This document shows, piece after piece, positions 58,626-64,000 of a stretch of 64,000 bases of DNA. The translations under genes were made by a program, and so were the position numbers. The stretch is taken from the NCBI GenBank assembly GCA_965200245.1, contig CBDATS010000005.1, positions 192,001-256,000 on the forward strand. The letters run 5' to 3'. The DNA is from a bacterium. Lineage in GTDB: Bacteria; UBA8248. Under the pieces are notes generated by a model. It made no database searches and was not told the DNA's origin. It saw nothing but the letters and a program-made list of their open reading frames with translations. Each line of letters starts with the position of its first letter. The stretch's first letter is position 1.

Positions 58626-59153
58626 TCACTCTGTCTTGGGCTGCGGGGCATGATACCTGCGGTACTCCTCCCCGAAGCAGAGCGTGGAGAAATCACGCAT
58701 CCGGTCGAAGAAGATAAGTCCATCGAGATGGTCATACTCATGCTGGCACACGCGCGCGGCGAAGCCTTCGAGTTCCTCGGCATAGGCGCGTCCTTGCGCG
58801 TCCACGGCTTCCAGGCGCACACGGTCGTTTCGCGGCACTCGGCCATGAATGTCGGGAATGCTGAGACAACCTTCCCAATCCTCCCACCCGTCAACTCCCA
58901 GGGGCGTGATCTTCGGGTTCACAACCACCCGCAGTGTCGCCTCATCATCCGGATCCGTCTGCATGACGAACGCCCTGAGCCCGTAGTGCACTTGCGGCGA
59001 CGCCAGACCTACGCCCGCATATTCGTGCATCGTCTCAATCAAGTCATCGATAAAGGCTGCGAGTTCGGGGCTTCCAAGTTCTTCCGGTACGATTTCGCGC
59101 GACTTTTCGCGCAGGACGGGATGGCCCATGTGGGCGACCTTCAGTATGGGCAT
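58626..59153 (-). CDS. def: peptide deformylase
   Basis: GVGLASPQ, EGCLS and QHEYDHLDG motifs. Confidence 0.97.
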   Translation of the reverse strand: MPILKVAHMGHPVLREKSREIVPEELGSPELAAFIDDLIETMHEYAGVGLASPQVHYGLRAFVMQTDPDDEATLRVVVNPKITPLGVDGWEDWEGCLSIPDIHGRVPRNDRVRLEAVDAQGRAYAEELEGFAARVCQHEYDHLDGLIFFDRMRDFSTLCFGEEYRRYHAPQPKTE

Positions 59154-59162
59154 CTCCCACTC

Positions 59163-59879
59163 CTATCCGTTTCGGGAAGAGACAGGTGACAAGGCAGCGA
59201 ACCAGGCAGCCAGTCTGCCGGGATCGACGGTCTCCTCCAGCGAGTCCACCACATGGTCGGCTTCGGTGAGCTTGTCGGCAGGGTAGCTCGTCGTCACCGC
59301 GAGCGTGCGCATGCCTGCGGCGTTGCCCGAGCGTACACCAGCGACGGAATCCTCCACCACGAGGCACGAAGACGTCGGAATCGGTTCGTCGAGACTTTCA
59401 TTGATACGCACAAGAGCCGTCAGGAAACTTTCCGGATCCGGTTTTCCGCAGCTTACCATCTCCGCCGTCACGATGACCGGGAAACAATCGATGAGACCTG
59501 CCCGCTCAAGCACGGGTCGCACTTCGTGCCCCAAGGCCCCGCTCGCAATCGCCAGGGGCCAGTGTACAGCCGCCGTGCGAATCATCTCCGCGGCGCCGGG
59601 CAGAATCTGTGGTGCTGACGCGATTTCCTGATAGCACGCTTCTTTCATCTCGAGAAGCTGCTCGAAACGATCCGGCTCGACAACCACGCCGCGATCATTC
59701 AGCACGTGACTGAACAGCAACCTGTCGTCGAACGCGAGGTAGCGCTCGGCGTATTCTTCTTCCGTCAGATCGATGTCCAGTTCTACAGAGAGCACCGCCT
59801 GGAACGCCGCCAGGTGGAGCGGTTCGCTGTCCGCGATGGTGCCGTCGAAATCGAAAATTATCGCCCTGAGTTCTGCCAT
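59163..59879 (-). CDS. HAD-family phosphatase (beta-PGM/CbbY-like)
   Basis: FDFDGTIADSE, KPDP and VEDS..G..S motifs. Confidence 0.92.
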   Translation of the reverse strand: MAELRAIIFDFDGTIADSEPLHLAAFQAVLSVELDIDLTEEEYAERYLAFDDRLLFSHVLNDRGVVVEPDRFEQLLEMKEACYQEIASAPQILPGAAEMIRTAAVHWPLAIASGALGHEVRPVLERAGLIDCFPVIVTAEMVSCGKPDPESFLTALVRINESLDEPIPTSSCLVVEDSVAGVRSGNAAGMRTLAVTTSYPADKLTEADHVVDSLEETVDPGRLAAWFAALSPVSSRNG

Positions 59880-59894
59880 CGTTTCATCGCGGCC

Positions 59895-60659
59895 TTACAG
59901 CCACCCTCCCCCGTCTTCAAATATACTCTCGCCCGTGATGTAGGCCGACGCGTCGGACGCGAGAAATACCGCAAGACCCACGATATCCGCAGGCTCGCCG
60001 ATGCGGCCAAGTATCGTTCTCTCGTTCAAACCCTCCTCCACTTTCGGGTCCGCCAGCGCGGGCGCCAGCATCGGCGTTCTGTGCACGCCCGGACAGATGC
60101 AGTTTACGCGAACACCCCGTCCACCCCACTCGGCGGCGAGCGATTTCGTCATACCCACCACGCCGTATTTGCTCGCGTTATACGCCGCGCGCGCCGGCCT
60201 GTGCGCCCGCTCGCCCAGAAACGTGCCGATGTTCACGATGCTGCCAGAACCGCGCGCGAGCATTCCGCGACCTGCGGCCTGCGCGCACAGAAAGGCGCCC
60301 GTGAGGTTCACGTCGACCACGAAGCGAAAATCATCGGGCGAAACGTCCGTACTCGGGTCTGTGTTTATCACGCCCGCTCCGTTTACGAGAACGTCCACGC
60401 TTCCGAATGTCTCTTCTGTCCGCCCCACAGCGCGGGTCACCTCGTCCACTTTCGTCACGTCCGCCGCGATGGCGAGCGCGCGGTGCCCCAGAGACTAGAT
60501 ATGACGAGCAGTATCTTCCACCAGGTGAACTCGCCTGCCGAGAACAGCTACATCCGCACCGGCCTCGCCCAAACCCAGCGCCATCGCCTCACCCAGGCCA
60601 GTGCCGGCGCCCGTCACCAAAGCCACCTTGCCGTCGAGCCGAAACTTGTCGAGTATCAA
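59895..60659 (-). pseudogene. SDR oxidoreductase interrupted by in-frame TAG at 60495-60497
   Basis: TTG 60659 (GGAG RBS) reads MILDKFRLDGKVALVTGAGTGLG...TARHI*SLGHRALAIAADVT, in frame with ORF 59895-60458. YNASK catalytic motif intact. Confidence 0.85.
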
Positions 60660-60895
60660 ACCCTTGCTCCCTGAATTTCATGAAAGATACAGAGGCGATC
60701 CACACTGCTCGCCTGAAAGCGCCCCAAGCTATGGGATGGCGCATGGGAGTGTCAATGCGGAGGCGCGCTTTTGGTCCAGGACAGGCAGCGTGGCGACATG
60801 CCTTCATTGTCCGTAACGTACGGGAGGGATAGAATCCGCCCGATACGCCCGTTCCATCGCCTCACTTCTTTCACTACCCGGGGTAGGTCGTCCGA

Positions 60896-61579
60896 ATGCC
60901 CAATGCTACAAGCCAAACCCCAAAAGATGTGAAGAATGAAACCTGTCCCCTCTGTGGGGCGGGCGAGGCGGGACTTTACCTCCACGCCGATGCGCGTGAC
61001 TATGCGCATTGCCCGACCTGCCGGCTCATCTTCGTTCTGCCCGGGTTCTGGCCCTCGCCCGAGACGGAAAAAGCGAGGTACGAACAGCACAGGAATTCCG
61101 CCTCCGATACAGGCTACATCGCCTTTCTCCACCAGTTGCGTGATCCCCTGGTGAAATTGCTGCACGGGAGTGCGCGCGGGCTTGACTTCGGCGCGGGGCC
61201 TGCGCCTGACGGACGCCCAGTGTTGTGCGAGTTGTTCGGGACGAAGGGGTTTGAGTGCCTGCCTTTCGATCCTTATTTCTTCCCGGAGATGCCCGAAGGC
61301 CCTTTTGATTTCATCGTCGCGAGCGAAACCTTCGAGCATTTAAGGCAACCGGGGAAGGAGATCGAAAATATCTGTGAAAACCTGAAGCCAGGCGGATTGC
61401 TCGGCGTCATGACGGCATTCTGGGAAGAGGCATTGTTCATGAACAACTGGCACTACAGGCGCGATTTCACACATCTATGTTTCTACAGGCTGGAAACTTT
61501 CGTGTGGATCGAAGAGCATTTCGGTCTCAAGCGCCGCTGGACGGATGAACGTCGCGTCATCATCTTCGAAAAATCCTGA
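60896..61579 (+). CDS. class I SAM-dependent methyltransferase with N-terminal Zn-finger
   Basis: CPLC..CPTC, LDFGAGP, ETFEH and WHYRRDFTH motifs. Confidence 0.88.
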   Translation: MPNATSQTPKDVKNETCPLCGAGEAGLYLHADARDYAHCPTCRLIFVLPGFWPSPETEKARYEQHRNSASDTGYIAFLHQLRDPLVKLLHGSARGLDFGAGPAPDGRPVLCELFGTKGFECLPFDPYFFPEMPEGPFDFIVASETFEHLRQPGKEIENICENLKPGGLLGVMTAFWEEALFMNNWHYRRDFTHLCFYRLETFVWIEEHFGLKRRWTDERRVIIFEKS

Positions 61580-61769
61580 TACGGCTGGGTCCTCATTGCT
61601 ATCTCAATAATCTGGCAAAGGACACATCCGCTCTCTCTCCGACAGAAATTTCATCCGTTTCATTCACATCCAGATTTTTCATATTGCTTGTTCGCACCCA
61701 AGCGGTGTGGCATTCTTGGCGCCTGAAGGAAACGCTTGATTCATGTGGGGAAACAGTCTCTTGCGAACC

Positions 61770-63494
61770 ATGAAAACGGACATCCTCATCCTGGGCTCGG
61801 GTGGAGCAGGCCTGCTCGCAGCACTCGCCGCGCACACGCAAAACCCCGCACTCGACATCATCGTCGCGGTCAAGGGATTATTTGGGAAAAGCGGCTGTAC
61901 ACGTATGGTGCAGGGCGGCTATAACGTCGCGCTGGCAGAAACCGACTCAGTGGAGAACCACTTTCTCGACACCTTGCAGGGCGGGGCGTGGATTAACGAT
62001 CAGGAACTCGCCTGGACGCTCGTGAGCCATGCACCGGGCTGCGTGGAACGGCTCGAAACCGTGTGCGGGTGCTTTTTCGATCGCAACGAAGACGGTACGA
62101 TCCACCAAAAAGCCTTTGCGGGCCAGAGTTTCGACAGAACGGTGCACAAAGGAGACCTGACCGGCATCGAGATCACCAACCGCGTGGCCGAGCAACTCGT
62201 CAGACGCGAGGTGGACGTTCTGGAAGAAACGCGTGCGGTGGCGCTCCTGCCCGCCAGGCACGAGCCGGAGAGAATCGCTGGCGCCTTGTTACTCGATATC
62301 CGAAGCGGCGAGTTCATCGCCGTGAACGCCAAGTGCACACTCCTCGCCACCGGCGGCGGCCCGACGCTGTATAAGATATCCGCCTGCGCGCAGGAACTCG
62401 CCACCGACGGCATGGCTCTCGCCTGGGAGGCGGGTGCATCGTTCTGCGACATGGAGATGGTACAGTTCCACCCCACGGGCATCCTGACGGGAGACGGGCT
62501 CCAGATAACCGGCACACTGCTCGAAGAGGGCCTGCGCGGTGCAGGTGGACATCTCAAGAATGCGGCCGGCGAGCGCTATATGGAACGCTACGACCCCGAG
62601 CGCATGGAACGCGCCACGCGCGATGTAGTGTCCCGCGCGGGTTTCACCGAGATCATCGAGGGCCGGGGCACCGAGCGCGGCGGTGTGTTCATCGACGTAA
62701 GTCATCTGGGAAAATCCTTCGTGCGCAAGAACTTCAAGGGCATGGTCGAGCGTTGCGCCGATCTGGGTTATGACCTCATCGGCGGCCCCGTGGAAGTGAC
62801 CCCCACCGCGCACTACATGATGGGCGGCGTAAAAATTGACACCACGTGCCAAACGAATCTCCCGGGTCTATATGCCGCGGGAGAGGATGCGGGCGGCACG
62901 CACGGCGCGAACCGTCTGGGCGGAAACGGGGTCGCGAACGCCACGGTGTTCGGCGAAATCGCAGGCGAAGCGATGGCCGAAGAAGCTGCAGACTCCCCTC
63001 TCTTGCCATATGACGTGGAGACGCTTGCAAGGGCAGAGGAGAAAACACTCGACTCCCTCGGCGATGGCGAATCCCCCTATCCCATCCGCGCGGAACTGAA
63101 AAACACCATGTGGGACAAGGTGGGCCTGAGAAGAAACGGTGCGGACATCCAGAACGGGATCCGGAAACTTCTGGACCTCAAAGGGCGTGCGGCGGAGACC
63201 CGCGCGGAAGGCAAGCGTGCCTACAACCTCGCCTGGCAGCACACGCTCGACGTGAGAAACCAGATTTGCGTCGCGGAACTGATTGCCTATTCGGCGCTCG
63301 AGCGCGACGAGAGCAGAGGCAGCCACTACCGCGATGATTGCTCCCATACGGCGGACGAGGACCTCTACAACGTCTATATCAAGAAAGAGGATGATGCGGC
63401 GGTCATCGAACGGAAGCCTGTCGTGTTCAGTCGCCTGCATCCCAAGGCAGAAACCGCCGCACAGACGGCACCGGAACCCAACTTCATCGATTGA
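61770..63494 (+). CDS. succinate dehydrogenase/fumarate reductase flavoprotein subunit (non-covalent FAD type)
   Basis: GSGGAG, QFHPTG, EEGLRG, TRDVVSR, HYMMGG, GANRLGGN and R.ESRGSH motifs. Confidence 0.9.
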   Translation: MKTDILILGSGGAGLLAALAAHTQNPALDIIVAVKGLFGKSGCTRMVQGGYNVALAETDSVENHFLDTLQGGAWINDQELAWTLVSHAPGCVERLETVCGCFFDRNEDGTIHQKAFAGQSFDRTVHKGDLTGIEITNRVAEQLVRREVDVLEETRAVALLPARHEPERIAGALLLDIRSGEFIAVNAKCTLLATGGGPTLYKISACAQELATDGMALAWEAGASFCDMEMVQFHPTGILTGDGLQITGTLLEEGLRGAGGHLKNAAGERYMERYDPERMERATRDVVSRAGFTEIIEGRGTERGGVFIDVSHLGKSFVRKNFKGMVERCADLGYDLIGGPVEVTPTAHYMMGGVKIDTTCQTNLPGLYAAGEDAGGTHGANRLGGNGVANATVFGEIAGEAMAEEAADSPLLPYDVETLARAEEKTLDSLGDGESPYPIRAELKNTMWDKVGLRRNGADIQNGIRKLLDLKGRAAETRAEGKRAYNLAWQHTLDVRNQICVAELIAYSALERDESRGSHYRDDCSHTADEDLYNVYIKKEDDAAVIERKPVVFSRLHPKAETAAQTAPEPNFID

Positions 63495-63519
63495 CGACAA
63501 AACGGAGCCGAAACAACCG

Positions 63520-63867
63520 ATGACGACAGCAAAAGACCCCACCAAGAAACCTCCTGTCTGGAAGATCAGTGCATGGCGCTCGATGTATCCGGGCATGTGG
63601 TCCTGGGTGTTGCAGAGGCTCTCGGCGCTCGCGCTCATCGTCCTGTTTCCGCTCCACGTGATGAACCCCTACGTCGATGAAGTACGAATCGCCATGCTTC
63701 TCCTCGTCGTCTGGCACGCCATGCACGGCATCAAGGTGATCCTGACCGATTTCGGTTTTCCCGATCGCCACCAGCGGAAACTCTTCTGGGTGTTGTGCGT
63801 GGTGGGCGTGGCCGCGTTTTTCTGGCTGGGCTATGTGCACAGGGAATACTGGAGATTCGCCTCGTGA
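63520..63867 (+). CDS. succinate dehydrogenase/fumarate reductase membrane anchor (cytochrome b-type)
   Basis: GMWSWVLQRLSA, LH and WHAMHGIKVILTD motifs, three TM segments. Confidence 0.82.
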   Translation: MTTAKDPTKKPPVWKISAWRSMYPGMWSWVLQRLSALALIVLFPLHVMNPYVDEVRIAMLLLVVWHAMHGIKVILTDFGFPDRHQRKLFWVLCVVGVAAFFWLGYVHREYWRFAS

Positions 63868-64000
63868 ACAAAGATGCGCAAGTGGGTGAAGAAGCACAGG
63901 ACAAGGCGGCACAGGAAGAGCCGTCTCCAAAGACGCAGGAACGCCCGAGTGTACGCGTCAGAATCCGCCGGGGCACCGCCGCGGATGATCCAGATGAGTG
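63864..64000 (+). CDS. probable Sdh/Frd iron-sulfur subunit, N-terminus (truncated by window)
   Basis: GTGA overlap with the previous gene, frame open to the window end, VRVRIRRG strand and operon context only. Confidence 0.45.
   Translation, partial: MNKDAQVGEEAQDKAAQEEPSPKTQERPSVRVRIRRGTAADDPDE

Noticed and set aside
57489-60497. Genome-wide TAG reassignment or pyrrolysine suggested by two in-frame TAGs
   Set aside because: TAG ends many intact genes at their expected C-termini (for example 2273, 13378, 14887, 35978, 37802, 55993), and no pyl genes are in the window.

Overview
GC-rich bacterial chromosomal window of core and catabolic genes. Core genes include aroA, tenA, tag, rimI, gap-pgk-tpiA-secG, def, tRNA-Leu(GAG) and the start of an sdh/frd-like operon. 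Catabolic and transport genes include tandem MBL hydrolases, tandem acyl-CoA synthetases, a TRAP transporter, a TauE pair, amidohydrolases, an LLM monooxygenase, a P450, CocE, hydantoinase A/B, SDRs and a peptide ABC transporter. Accessory segments are (i) an AT-rich nuclease cassette between two acyl-CoA synthetase paralogues, (ii) a defence island at about 14.9-23 kb with a type I R-M operon (frameshifted hsdR, hsdS, a small translationally coupled PD-(D/E)xK-like gene, hsdM) and a decayed second R-M fragment, (iii) a P450 islet, and (iv) an islet next to the tRNA-Leu with a metzincin/TbpB-barrel-like lipoprotein gene and a ricin-type lectin. At least six genes carry nonsense codons, frameshifts or truncations, suggesting erosion of accessory genes. 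The most notable leads are the nuclease embedded in the type I operon, a candidate structured ncRNA of about 270 nt with its own promoter-like and terminator-like signals (37847-38156), a hydantoinase B with a remodelled metal site, the metzincin-barrel lipoprotein, and an SdhA/FrdA homologue lacking the covalent-FAD histidine. No CRISPR array, integrase, transposase or rRNA was seen. All family calls come from motif recognition by eye; no searches were run.
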